DNA of 63,921 nt, counting the filler. It is 5 parts of 5 records of this genome, joined end to end, with 100 filler letters (N's around TTAATTAATTAA, not from the genome) between each part and the next. Parts side by side here need not be neighbours in the genome. Positions count along the whole stretch, not along the records: positions 1 to 18,104 come from DRR723986_4843; positions 18,205 to 34,834 come from DRR723986_4849; 3 more parts are not named here. One strand, given 5' to 3'. The notes beneath the pieces were generated by a model, which worked only from the letters and a program-made list of their open reading frames with translations, was not told the origin of the DNA and made no database searches. Made by a program: the position numbers and the translations under genes. Positions 9,372 through 19,101 of this stretch are shown here, in pieces. The first letter of the stretch is position 1, and each line of letters begins with the position of its first letter.

Positions 9372-9408
9372 AAAAAAAGGCTGTTTCCACAACAGGGAAA
9401 CAGCCTTT
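9372..9408 (-). terminator. Intrinsic terminator after rpsP
   Basis: AAAGGCTGTTTCC / GGAAACAGCCTTT stem with a T7 run on the minus strand. Confidence 0.85.
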
Positions 9409-9463
9409 AGATCATACTTTGAGCCTCTTTGCGCCGCAGCGCTCAGAGCGGAAGATGCGCAGA

Positions 9464-9916
9464 TTATTCAGCTGGGGTAGCGTCTGCATCAGCAGCAGCT
9501 TCCTCGGCTGTTGGCTCTTCGGCCGCAGCTTCTTCTTCAGCCGGCTCTTCCTTGACTTTGGAAGCAGCTTTTTTCTGTGCTTTGCGTGCCAGGCGCGCAG
9601 CTACAACGGCTTCGTGCTTGGCCAGCTCGTCAGCAACTTCCTGCTCGGATTTGCCTTGGTCCATCAAGTATTTCTTCAGCAAGACACCTTTGTAGCTGAG
9701 CAACTTGCGGACAACATCACTTGGTTGTGCACCAGTGCTCAACCAATAGATGGCGCGGTCACCATCGACGGAGATCGTCGAAGGAGTTGTCATCGGGTCA
9801 AACTGACCGAGTCTTTCCAGATATTTACCATCACGTGCTTTACGGCTATCGGTGGCAACAATATCATAAATTGGAGCTTTTTTGCGTCCGCGGCGGCGCA
9901 ACCTCAACTTAACCAT
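9464..9916 (-). CDS. rpsP: 30S ribosomal protein S16 with acidic Ala-rich C-terminal extension
   Basis: MVKLRLRRRGRKKAPIYDIVATDSRKARDGKYLERLG...WLSTGAQPSDVV. Confidence 0.97.
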   Translation of the reverse strand: MVKLRLRRRGRKKAPIYDIVATDSRKARDGKYLERLGQFDPMTTPSTISVDGDRAIYWLSTGAQPSDVVRKLLSYKGVLLKKYLMDQGKSEQEVADELAKHEAVVAARLARKAQKKAASKVKEEPAEEEAAAEEPTAEEAAADADATPAE

Positions 9917-10019
9917 GAGAGTATCCTCAAAATTGAAACTGAATTGTATCCGTTGTAATCAGAATTTTTCACGTCATTCGGCGCACGATTTCGGCGAAGA
10001 GGCAGATTGACCGCCAACT

Positions 10020-11378
10020 TTAGCGGCGACGGCCGCCGCGTTGTTTGCCGGCGTTGCGTTGCATTTCACGCATCATACCCATTTTGCCACCTTTGCCCTT
10101 GGTCATGCGCTTCATCATTTTCTGCATGTCATCAAACTGCTTGAGCAGCCTGTTGACATCCTGAATGGTTGTTCCGCTACCACGTGCGATACGACGGCGG
10201 CGTGAACCATTGATGAGGCGAACGTTGGAGCGTTCTTTAGGCGTCATGGATTGAATCATGGCCTCTACACGCACCAGAGCTTTTTCATCGACAGAAACGT
10301 TGCGCAATGCGCGGTCCATGCCGGGAAGCATCCCGAGGAGGTCACGCAGCGAGCCCATTTTCTTGATCTGACGAATCTGCTCCAGGAAGTCCTGCAGAGT
10401 AAACTCATTCCGACGAATCTTCTGTTCGAGCTGAACAGCTTCTTTCTCGTCGAATTGTTGCTGCGCCTTCTCAACCAGCGTCAGAACGTCACCCATACCC
10501 AGGATACGCGAGGCGATCCTGTCGGGATAGAACTGCTCCAGGTTGTCGATTTTCTCGCCGGTACCGATAAACTTGATCGGTTTTTCCACGACGGAGCGAA
10601 TCGAGAGGGCGGCACCACCCCGCGTATCACCATCAAGCTTTGTCAGAACAACACCGTCAAAGCTAAGGCGCTCGTTAAAGGCCTTGGCAGTGTTGACGGC
10701 ATCCTGACCTGTCATCGCATCACAGACGAAGAGAATTTCATCCGGCTTGACAGAGCTTTTGATGTTGGCGACCTCGGTCATCATCTCTTCGTCGATCGTT
10801 AAACGACCGGCGGTATCGATGATCACGGTGTCACGTGCAAAGCGGCGCGCATAGTCTACAGCACCTTCAGCAAGAGCGACCGGCTTCTCATCTTCCACCG
10901 AGTGCACGGGGATGTTGATTTGCTCGGCCAGCATCTTGAGCTGCTGGATAGCAGCAGGACGGTAGATGTCAGCGGCGACCAGCATTGGCTGGCGCCCTTT
11001 ATTTTTCAAATATTTTGCCAGTTTCGCACAAAAGGTCGTTTTACCCGAACCTTGCAGACCGGCAACCATAATTACGGTTGGCGGCTGGCTGGCTCGTGCG
11101 ATATCCGTTTTTGACGACCCCATCAGTTCGACGAGTTCATCATGGATAATCTTAACGATCAACTGTCCCGGAGTAATTTTGCCTTTGACCTCCTGGCCAA
11201 CGGCTTTCTCCTTGACGTCATCAATGAATTTTTTGGTGACGTGATAGTTGACGTCGGCATCAAGTAACGCGCGGCGTACCTCGCGCAACCCGTCGGCGAC
11301 GTTCTCTTCGGTGATTTTGGCCTGACCGCGGATCTGTTTGATCGCGGCTTCCAGCTTAGTACTTAGATTCTCAAACAT
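10020..11378 (-). CDS. ffh: Signal recognition particle protein
   Basis: GLQGSGKTT, DIYRPAA, DTAGR, TKLDGDTRGGAALS and a Met-rich M domain. Confidence 0.99.
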   Translation of the reverse strand: MFENLSTKLEAAIKQIRGQAKITEENVADGLREVRRALLDADVNYHVTKKFIDDVKEKAVGQEVKGKITPGQLIVKIIHDELVELMGSSKTDIARASQPPTVIMVAGLQGSGKTTFCAKLAKYLKNKGRQPMLVAADIYRPAAIQQLKMLAEQINIPVHSVEDEKPVALAEGAVDYARRFARDTVIIDTAGRLTIDEEMMTEVANIKSSVKPDEILFVCDAMTGQDAVNTAKAFNERLSFDGVVLTKLDGDTRGGAALSIRSVVEKPIKFIGTGEKIDNLEQFYPDRIASRILGMGDVLTLVEKAQQQFDEKEAVQLEQKIRRNEFTLQDFLEQIRQIKKMGSLRDLLGMLPGMDRALRNVSVDEKALVRVEAMIQSMTPKERSNVRLINGSRRRRIARGSGTTIQDVNRLLKQFDDMQKMMKRMTKGKGGKMGMMREMQRNAGKQRGGRRR

Positions 11379-11560
11379 AGAGATTTAGTGCATTCTAATG
11401 CTCAGGAAAAGACGGCCAAATTACGGTTTAGTCAGCACATATCCAACGATTTCTGTGGAAAATCGACTCGGAACAATTTTTCTTTCTACGCGACGCCATT
11501 ATTAATATTTTGGCGACCGGCTTTCTTACACAATTGTCCCTTGCACATGTCCCAATAGAT

Positions 11561-11863
11561 ATGCATCTACCCAAAGACCCCATCATACTTGAGTTGTTAC
11601 CTGAGTTTCTGGAAGATTGGCTGCATCAGCTTAACACGCAGTTCTCAGCTACGCTGGCAGAAAAGGACGGTAAAGAGTTGTACCGTCTGGGGCACACGCT
11701 CAAAGGCTCGTGTTTTCAGTTTGAACTCAACCACATTGCCGAGAAAGGCATTGAACTGATGGCAGACGCAAATGCGGAACGATGGGAAGATGCAGAAACC
11801 CGCCTTGAGAGCATCAAGGTTGACTTTCTAGAGGCGAAAGATTTCCTGGCATCACAATCATGA
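11561..11863 (+). CDS. Stand-alone Hpt phosphotransfer protein
   Basis: LYRLGHTLKGSC matches the Hpt HxLKGS motif; about 100 aa, helical. Confidence 0.8.
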   Translation: MHLPKDPIILELLPEFLEDWLHQLNTQFSATLAEKDGKELYRLGHTLKGSCFQFELNHIAEKGIELMADANAERWEDAETRLESIKVDFLEAKDFLASQS

Positions 11864-11906
11864 CATGTAATTTGACTACGTGGACAACATTGGCAGACAA
11901 CAACCT

Positions 11907-12446
11907 ATGACAAAAAAAACTCCCCCCTTTTGCGCAGGCAGACGTCGCACTCAGCTCGTTGGATTAGTTCTTGCCGTGGCATGCGTGGCTTTGGCAGACA
12001 TTTCGCAGGCTTTTGCTGTAGAGCGCGTGGCAATTCTGCCATTCCGCAATTACAACGGCAGCTTGGAATTTGCTGAGCCGAGTTACTCGCTGCCGGATTC
12101 GCTGCATTCAATGATGCAGCCCCTAAGCGATGCGGGCAAGATTGAGCTGGTCCCGATTGACTCTGTTGAAATCATTCTGGCCGGACTGAACCTGGACCCC
12201 AACAATCCGCAGTATGAATCGGACATGTGGCGCGCCGTTGAGCTGCTGAATGCAGACAAAGTAGTGACCGGCACCTACAACGTCAGGTACAAAAAGATTT
12301 TCGTCAACGCCTATATCTATGACGTTGCAACCAAAATCCGCGATCCAAAACATCAGGCCGTCAATATTTACAAGAAATACGATAAGGCTCTTGAGTCTGT
12401 TTCCAAGGTCTATAAAGCTCTCGCCAAGTACTTCGATCCCAAATAG
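11907..12446 (+). CDS. Exported protein with FlgO/TolB-N/CsgG-like domain
   Basis: Signal peptide; RVAILPFRN...LNADKVVTGTY...FVNAYIYDVAT pattern. Confidence 0.6.
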   Translation: MTKKTPPFCAGRRRTQLVGLVLAVACVALADISQAFAVERVAILPFRNYNGSLEFAEPSYSLPDSLHSMMQPLSDAGKIELVPIDSVEIILAGLNLDPNNPQYESDMWRAVELLNADKVVTGTYNVRYKKIFVNAYIYDVATKIRDPKHQAVNIYKKYDKALESVSKVYKALAKYFDPK

Positions 12447-12460
12447 ACAAGCAGTAAAAT

Positions 12461-12982
12461 ATGACGCTACGATATGTAGGCAGAATCCAACGCGCTCGTG
12501 GAGTCCACGGCGCGTTTTTGTTGAGTGACCTAATTGATGACTTCCGGCTGCTGCGCCAAGGCGCCACGGTCAAGATTGGTTTTTCGGCAGAGTTCGGTGA
12601 TCCGTACACAGTTGAGAAATGCAGCCGCAGCGGCAAACGCGCAGTTCTTAATGTCCGTGGCATCGACTCACCCGAAGAAGTCAAGGCCTTCCACGAAAAA
12701 GGTGTGTTTGCCGCCGATGACGCCTTTGTAGAGAGTGAGGACGCCGAAAAAGTTTTTGACGACGAGATCATCGGCTGCCAGGTAATTAACAGCGAAGACG
12801 GAAGTACAATCGGCACAATTAGCGATGTATGGCATATGCCTGCAAACAACGTCTGGGCTGTTGATATGGACGGCAAAGAATTACCGCTGCCCGTGATTGA
12901 CGACGTGATCAAAAGTGTGGACGTCAAAAACAAGCGCGTTGAAGTTGTACTGATTCCCGGACTCATTGACCTGGCGGAGTAA
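12461..12982 (+). CDS. rimM: 16S rRNA processing protein RimM
   Basis: [22 protein letters not shown]...IGTISDV...ANNVWAV...[13 protein letters not shown]; adjacent to trmD. Confidence 0.92.
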   Translation: MTLRYVGRIQRARGVHGAFLLSDLIDDFRLLRQGATVKIGFSAEFGDPYTVEKCSRSGKRAVLNVRGIDSPEEVKAFHEKGVFAADDAFVESEDAEKVFDDEIIGCQVINSEDGSTIGTISDVWHMPANNVWAVDMDGKELPLPVIDDVIKSVDVKNKRVEVVLIPGLIDLAE

Positions 12983-12983
12983 G

Positions 12984-13856
12984 ATGACAACAGAAGACAG
13001 TACGCAGCACAATCTACCTGACGAGCAGGATGCGCGCGCTTCCACGGACGAGGGCGCGGACCATGGAGTCGACAGCGCAGATGATGGCGCAGAAGAAAAT
13101 CGCAAGGCCTGGATGCGTATCGACATTCTTTCGGCCGTACCCGAGAGCATTCGCCCCGTTGTTGAATCCAGCATTGTAGGCCGCGCCGGTCGCGGCGGGG
13201 TTGTTGATATCCACGTCCACAGCCTGCGCGATTATGGGCTGAAGAAGTATCGCCAGATAGACGACACACCCTTTGGCGGCGGCGCCGGCATGATTCTGCG
13301 CTGCGAACCGGTTTTTGCCTGCGTGGAAGCGCTGCAGGCCGAACGCGACTATGACGATATTATCTTCATGACACCCGATGGGGACTTGCTTGACCAGCCG
13401 CTGTGCAACACACTCTCCATGCAGCGCAACCTGATAATTCTGGCCGGCCACTACAAGGGCATCGATCAGCGCATCCGCGATGTGCTCGTGACGCGTGAGA
13501 TTTCAATCGGCAATTACGTGCTGACCGGCGGTGAGCTGCCGGCCTTGATTTTAGCAGATGCAATCGTGCGGCTGCTGCCCGGCGCACTGGGAGATGCAGA
13601 AAGCGCGCTGAGTGATTCTTTTCAGAGCGATGTACTCGACTGTCCGCACTATACGAAACCGGCAGAGTTCCGCGGCCACAGAGTCCCGGATGTTCTGCAG
13701 AGCGGCGACCATGCGGCAATTGAACGATGGCGCGATGAGCAGTCGCTGGAGAAAACACGCCTACGGCGGCCCGAGATGCTGACGGCCGAACAGCTGGAAC
13801 CGGCAAGAAAACCAAAAAAACCACGATTCACCAATAGCGGAAACACTGGGTCATGA
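12984..13856 (+). CDS. trmD: tRNA (guanine37-N1)-methyltransferase; canonical domain starts at 13113
   Basis: [49 protein letters not shown]. Confidence 0.97.
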   Translation: MTTEDSTQHNLPDEQDARASTDEGADHGVDSADDGAEENRKAWMRIDILSAVPESIRPVVESSIVGRAGRGGVVDIHVHSLRDYGLKKYRQIDDTPFGGGAGMILRCEPVFACVEALQAERDYDDIIFMTPDGDLLDQPLCNTLSMQRNLIILAGHYKGIDQRIRDVLVTREISIGNYVLTGGELPALILADAIVRLLPGALGDAESALSDSFQSDVLDCPHYTKPAEFRGHRVPDVLQSGDHAAIERWRDEQSLEKTRLRRPEMLTAEQLEPARKPKKPRFTNSGNTGS

Positions 13857-14536
13857 GCAAGGACTACGCCGTAGTGTTAATGAGTGGCGGCATGGATTCG
13901 ACGGTTTGCGCGGCACAGGCGCGGCGCGATGGTTTTGAGCCGGCGGGTTTGCACTTGCGCTATGAGCAACGCACTTCAGCCCGTGAGCTCCAAGCCTTTG
14001 AGGCGGTTTGTGATGCTTTTGATATTCACAAGCGGCTGATTGTGACGACGGAGCACTTTAAACAAATTGGCGGCAGCAGCTTAACAGATTCGGCGATGGA
14101 CGTGCACGATGCGGACTTAACAAGCACTGAGATTCCGAGTTCGTACGTGCCGTTCCGCAATGCCAATATTCTGGCGATGGGCGTGGCCTGGGCTGAGACC
14201 ATAAATGCGCGCGCGCTGTATATTGGGGCTGTGGAAGAAGATTCTTCGGGTTATCCGGATTGCCGCCGCGAATTCTTTGATGCTTTTCAGACTGTGATTG
14301 ACACGGGCACCAAACCGGACACTTCAATCCGGATCAAAACACCACTAATTACCTTAAACAAGTCCGAGATTGTGCAGCTGGGCGTGGATTTGGGCGCACC
14401 GCTGGAAAAGACCTGGAGTTGCTACCGCAACAATGGCTCCGAGGCCTGCGGGACCTGTGACTCCTGCGCTTTGCGTCTGCGAGGTTTTGCGCTGGCAGGC
14501 CGGACTGATCCCTTAAGCTACGCGACAATTAATTAA
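13853..14536 (+). CDS. queC: 7-cyano-7-deazaguanine synthase
   Basis: SGGMDST, YVPFRN, GYPDCR, TWSCY, CGTCDSC..R; ATGA overlap with trmD. Confidence 0.97.
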   Translation: MSKDYAVVLMSGGMDSTVCAAQARRDGFEPAGLHLRYEQRTSARELQAFEAVCDAFDIHKRLIVTTEHFKQIGGSSLTDSAMDVHDADLTSTEIPSSYVPFRNANILAMGVAWAETINARALYIGAVEEDSSGYPDCRREFFDAFQTVIDTGTKPDTSIRIKTPLITLNKSEIVQLGVDLGAPLEKTWSCYRNNGSEACGTCDSCALRLRGFALAGRTDPLSYATIN

Positions 14537-14742
14537 GGTCTGACAGCAAAGACCTGAGACTCTGGGCCACATTTGTTTTAGGCCTGGGCTTAAGTCTTGC
14601 AGGATTGAGACAGGCTCAAAGACTTGGGCATTCCGGCTCAGTGACAAACAAGATGGATTTAAAGAGACCGCAGTGCGGGCGAAATCATGTCCTTTTTAAC
14701 ACCACCACTTCCGCGATTAACATGCCTTACAAATAGCAGCAC

Positions 14743-16212
14743 TTAAACAGCGCGCGACTCCAGGGTAAAACGGAAGGTTGAACCCTCATCGGGGCGAGAC
14801 TCAACGTCAATTGTACTATCGTGCGCCTCTACGATTTTCTTGGTAATTGCCAGGCCCAAACCGGCACCACCGGAAGCCCGCGAACGGCTTTTTTCGACGC
14901 GATAAAAACGATCAAAAATATGCGGCAGTTCGTCCGGCTGAATACCAACTCCCGTATCTTCAACGCTAATGTTAACACCTGCTCCGAGGATGCGAACCGC
15001 GAGGACAACTTCCCCGCCCTCCTCAGTATAACGCACAGCATTTTCGATGAGATTAGTGATTGCGCGGTCTATCATTCCGATATCAGCGTAGACAAAGGGC
15101 AGGTCCTGATCCATGCGTGCGCGCAATGCGATTTGGCGAGCTTCGGCGGCGGGCTGCAGTTTAAGTACAATATCCTGCGCCAACTCCGAAATCGAAAATG
15201 CTTCGCGTTCGGGCTGCTTTTGTTTGGCATCCAGGCGCGAAAGCTCAAAGAGTTCCTCGATCAGTTTACCGAGTGTCGAGACGTTGGCAAATACAGTCGA
15301 AAGAAAACGCACACGCTCGTCCGGCGTCAGCGAGTTATCTTTTAACAATATGGTTTCGATATAACCCTGAATCGAAGCCAGCGGCGTGCGCAAGTCATGC
15401 GACACATTGGCAATCAGGTCGCGACGAATCTGATCGGTCTCTTCAAGTTTGTCGATATTGGACTCAATCGTCGAAGCCATTTTGTTAAACGCCGTTGCCA
15501 ATTCACCGATTTCATCGTTGCGTTCAAGTTCAATACGACGCGCAAGATTACCCTGTTCAAATTCCTGGACACCATTGCGCAATTCCTGAAAAGGGCGCGA
15601 AATTCGGCGAAAGAGGAAGAGCCCCACAATGGCCGTAATTAACACGGAAAGGATAATCCCAACCGTACCCTGACGTGCGATAAACGAGCCCGAAGCCAGG
15701 TCTGAAGCTGAGTCGTAGTTTTCACCACCCAATATCACGTAGAGGAAACCATCGCGTTCGCCGGGCAGTTTTACGGGCGCAACAGAGAACGGCTTAACAA
15801 CCCCGGGGTTGCGCGGGTCATCGCCCAATACAGGGTATGCGGCATCTTTGCTGATGAATGATGCAAAGTCCACCGTGTTAACTTTTTCGAGTTGCACACG
15901 CCCGGGCGGCGCGGCATGTGTGATTATCTTGCCGTCACTTTCGAGCAGATAATATTCCACGCGCGGGTTCATCATCATCATGGTTTCAAAACTGGCGTGA
16001 ATCCCGGCAGCATCGATACTGTCTTTTAGATATTCCGCAAAACTCATGGCCATATTCGTGGCGAGCTTGACGTTGAGTTTCTGTTCAGTTTCCTGCACAA
16101 AAGCCGTGTTAAGCTGGAGTGATACGAGCAACTGAACGGCCCCCATCAGCAGGACCAGGCCCAAAAACACGAGTGAGATACGACCGTACAGACTGTTAAA
16201 ATAGCGTTGCAT
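14743..16212 (-). CDS. HAMP-domain sensor histidine kinase
   Basis: Two TM helices, HAMP (DEIGELATAFNKM), SHDLRTPL H-box, NAVRYT, DTGVGI, GAGLGLAI. Confidence 0.95.
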   Translation of the reverse strand: MQRYFNSLYGRISLVFLGLVLLMGAVQLLVSLQLNTAFVQETEQKLNVKLATNMAMSFAEYLKDSIDAAGIHASFETMMMMNPRVEYYLLESDGKIITHAAPPGRVQLEKVNTVDFASFISKDAAYPVLGDDPRNPGVVKPFSVAPVKLPGERDGFLYVILGGENYDSASDLASGSFIARQGTVGIILSVLITAIVGLFLFRRISRPFQELRNGVQEFEQGNLARRIELERNDEIGELATAFNKMASTIESNIDKLEETDQIRRDLIANVSHDLRTPLASIQGYIETILLKDNSLTPDERVRFLSTVFANVSTLGKLIEELFELSRLDAKQKQPEREAFSISELAQDIVLKLQPAAEARQIALRARMDQDLPFVYADIGMIDRAITNLIENAVRYTEEGGEVVLAVRILGAGVNISVEDTGVGIQPDELPHIFDRFYRVEKSRSRASGGAGLGLAITKKIVEAHDSTIDVESRPDEGSTFRFTLESRAV

Positions 16213-16916
16213 TATAATTCCTCAGCTTCAGCAAATCTGTACCCGACGCCCCAGACAGTTTTAATGAAACGCGGCTCTGACGGGTTTAACTCTATCTTGT
16301 TTCGCAGGCGATTTATGTGTGAATTAACGGTATGTTCGTAACCCTGAAATTGATAACCCCAAATAGTATCGAGCAACTCCTGACGCGAATACGCGCGGCC
16401 CGGATTCCCGGCAAATAGCAAGAGAAGGTCAAACTCTTTGGCAGTTAACTCAATTCCGGTATTACTCAGTGTTACTTTGCGCCGTTCGGGTGAAATTGTC
16501 AGTTCACCAAACGTGAGCTGCCCGTTAACAGTCTGCGCATGATTCTGCACTTCAACACGCCGCACGAGGGCTTTAACACGCGCCGAAAATTCGCGCACTG
16601 AAAAGGGTTTGGTCATATAATCATCGGCACCGATTTCCAGGCCAAGGACTTTATCGACTTCATCACTTTTAGCGGTCAGCATCAATATCGGCGTTAGGCG
16701 ATCTTTTTCACGAATACGCCGGCACACTTCCATGCCACCCAGCCCGGGGAGGTTTAGATCGAGAATAATGAGGACATGTTCGCTCTTGAGCGCACGTTCC
16801 AGGCCGTCGAGGCCATTACTACTGCGTTCCAGCTGGAACCCCAGGTCGTGCAGGTGCAGCTCCACGAGGTCGGCAATATCCTTATCATCTTCTACAATCA
16901 AGACCGAATTCTGCAT
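16212..16916 (-). CDS. OmpR/PhoB-family response regulator
   Basis: LIVEDD, LDLNLP, GADDYMTKPF, LTAKEFDLL, TVNSHINRLR, TVWGVGYRF. Confidence 0.95.
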   Translation of the reverse strand: MQNSVLIVEDDKDIADLVELHLHDLGFQLERSSNGLDGLERALKSEHVLIILDLNLPGLGGMEVCRRIREKDRLTPILMLTAKSDEVDKVLGLEIGADDYMTKPFSVREFSARVKALVRRVEVQNHAQTVNGQLTFGELTISPERRKVTLSNTGIELTAKEFDLLLLFAGNPGRAYSRQELLDTIWGYQFQGYEHTVNSHINRLRNKIELNPSEPRFIKTVWGVGYRFAEAEEL

Positions 16917-17031
16917 AACGTCTTTTCCTCCGTCCGGCTTCAAGGCATTTCCACTCAGCACGTCGCGTCAGCTTGTCACCCAGCGCAGGTTTTCCCAATC
17001 GGGCTTAGTGCATGGGTGCCAATCTAGCCGC

Positions 17032-17051
17032 AAAGTATCATAAAAGTATCA
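17032..17051. promoter_or_regulatory. Putative OmpR-family tandem binding site
   Basis: AAAGTATCA-TA-AAAGTATCA direct repeat (11-bp period) about 115 bp upstream of the response regulator. Confidence 0.55.
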
Positions 17052-17198
17052 CGGCAAAGTAAATAAAGTCGAATACGTCCTGCGAAGGCGCACATGGCTT
17101 GGCCTGGCGGCCCTAATATCGTAACTTGGGCCAAATTGTACGGTTCGGTTTGCGGACCGTTTAGGAACAGCTTTAAAGCATTTTTGGTTTCCCCGCTT

Positions 17199-17987
17199 AT
17201 GTCCACAGTCGAACAGTACCAGGCCGAGTTTGTAGAGTTTCGCTCGCAGTTAACATCTTTCATCTATCGATTTGTGGCAGCCGAAGCAGATGCCGAAGAC
17301 ATTGTGCAGGACGCCTACGAGCGCGCATTCAAGAACCTCGCAGGCTTCCGTGGTGAGGCGAGTTTCAAGACCTGGGTATTCCGAATAGCTACAAATTTGG
17401 CCAAAGACGCTCTTAAACACAAGCAGCGCTGGACGGAAGACTACCAGGCCAACTGCCGCACGGCGACCTATGCTTCACAGGAAATTCAGGCTGAGATGGC
17501 GGATATAGCGCAGAATTCACCGCAGGGCCGCTTTGAGTTAACCGAACATATTAATTACTGTTTTACGTGCATGGCCAAGACCCTGCGGATTGAGGCGCAA
17601 TTGTGTGTGATTCTCAAGGAAGTGTATCAGTTCAAAGTCGACGAGATTATGCACATCACGGGGCTGACGGAAGGTCAGGTTAAACACAACCTGGCTGATG
17701 GCCGCAGGAATTTGACGCGCATATTTGACGGGCGCTGTTCGCTGATCCAGAAAAACGGCGTCTGCCATCAGTGTTCGGAGCTAAGCGGCATGTTTAATCC
17801 ACGCGTGCAGGCCGCCGAGGAGCAGCAGAAGCTGCGCATGGTACGCGAGCGTGAGGCGGGCGACAAGGAACACCTACTCGACCTGCGCATGGAGCTTGTC
17901 AGTCAGGTGGACCCGGTGAATTCAGAAGGTTTTGATTTCCACAATTACATGCTGCGGAATTTGCCGAAGCATTCTGAAGGTGAGTAG
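17199..17987 (+). CDS. ECF sigma-70 factor with Cys-rich region and C-terminal extension
   Basis: DAEDIVQDA, FRGEASFKTWVFRIATN; HINYCFTC; RCSLIQKNGVCHQC. Confidence 0.9.
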   Translation: MSTVEQYQAEFVEFRSQLTSFIYRFVAAEADAEDIVQDAYERAFKNLAGFRGEASFKTWVFRIATNLAKDALKHKQRWTEDYQANCRTATYASQEIQAEMADIAQNSPQGRFELTEHINYCFTCMAKTLRIEAQLCVILKEVYQFKVDEIMHITGLTEGQVKHNLADGRRNLTRIFDGRCSLIQKNGVCHQCSELSGMFNPRVQAAEEQQKLRMVREREAGDKEHLLDLRMELVSQVDPVNSEGFDFHNYMLRNLPKHSEGE

Positions 17988-18104
17988 GATTGGGTCGTGA
18001 GTTTGGGTGGGGTTTCGGATGAGCAGTTTGGAGGATGAGGCTGGGGGCTTGGCGGATGAAGATTTTGGGCGCAGCTTTGCGTGATCAAGGGGACCTCCCA
18101 CGCC

Positions 18105-18204
18105 NNNNNNNNNNNNNNNNNNNNNNNNNNNNNNNNNNNNNNNNNNNNTTAATTAATTAANNNNNNNNNNNNNNNNNNNNNNNNNNNNNNNNNNNNNNNN
18201 NNNN
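18105..18204. other. Artificial contig linker
   Basis: 44 N + TTAATTAATTAA (stops in six frames) + 44 N. Confidence 0.99.
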
Positions 18205-19101
18205 GGCGAAGCGGCCCTTGACGCAGGAATGGCCGCGATTGGCCTTGCCGTGCTTGTAAGGCACCATGCGCACCAGTTCGTCGCCATTGAGTTCAGCCTT
18301 GAACGAGCAACCGACGCCGCAGTAGGCGCAGGTGGTGACGACGGAACGTTCCGGTGTTCCCAGTTCGATGACGGATTTTTCCTGAAGCGTGCCGGTTGGG
18401 CAGGCCTGCACGCAGGCGCCACAGGAAACGCAGTCGGAAGACAGGAAATCGTCGAACGCCGCGCCCGGCGAAACACGGCTTTCAAAACCACGGCCTTCGA
18501 TGGTCAGGGCAAAGGTGCCCTGAACCTCTTCGCAGGCCCTCACACAACGCGAGCAGACGATGCACTTGGCCGGGTCATAAGCGAAATAGGGGTTGGAAAC
18601 GTCCTTCGGGATATACTCCGGGTTCGGCCCAACAGAGGTACGCTGTTCGAAGTGGTTGCGGCCCGGCTCGTAACGGACATCACGCAGGCCGACCATGCCG
18701 GCCATGTCCTGCAGCTCGCAATCGCCATTGGCAGCGCAAGTCAGGCAGTCCAGCGGATGGTCGGAGATGTAGAGTTCCATCACGCCCTTGCGGATTTGCT
18801 TGACCCTGGAGGACTGGGTGTGAACGACCATGCCCGGCGCAACCGGTGTGGTGCATGAGGCGGGTGTGCCGCGCCGGCCCTCGATTTCGACCACGCAGAG
18901 GCGGCAGGAACCGAAGGCGTCAATGCTGTCCGTGGCGCAAAGCTTGGGAACCTGAAGACCGATTTCAGAGGCCGCACGCATCACCGATGTGCCTTCCGGT
19001 ACCGTGACCTCGAAGCCATCGATGGTCAGTGTGACCGGAGCGCCTTCCTTTGCCGGAGTGCCCATGTCGCGATCGTCATGGATGTTGGCGAGATCCGTCA
19101 T
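18205..19101 (-). CDS. fdsA: NAD-dependent formate dehydrogenase alpha subunit, 5' part (cut by contig end)
   Basis: PKLCATD..DAFGSCRLC, HPLDCLTC, CIVCSRC, CVSCGAC, TTCAYCGVGC, HSCVKGRF. Confidence 0.93.

Noticed and set aside
18205-19101. fdsA (and likewise recA, soxY, gmd, galU, tRNA-Leu, ctaD) as pseudogenes
   Set aside because: All are cut at contig or window ends and show no internal stop or frameshift
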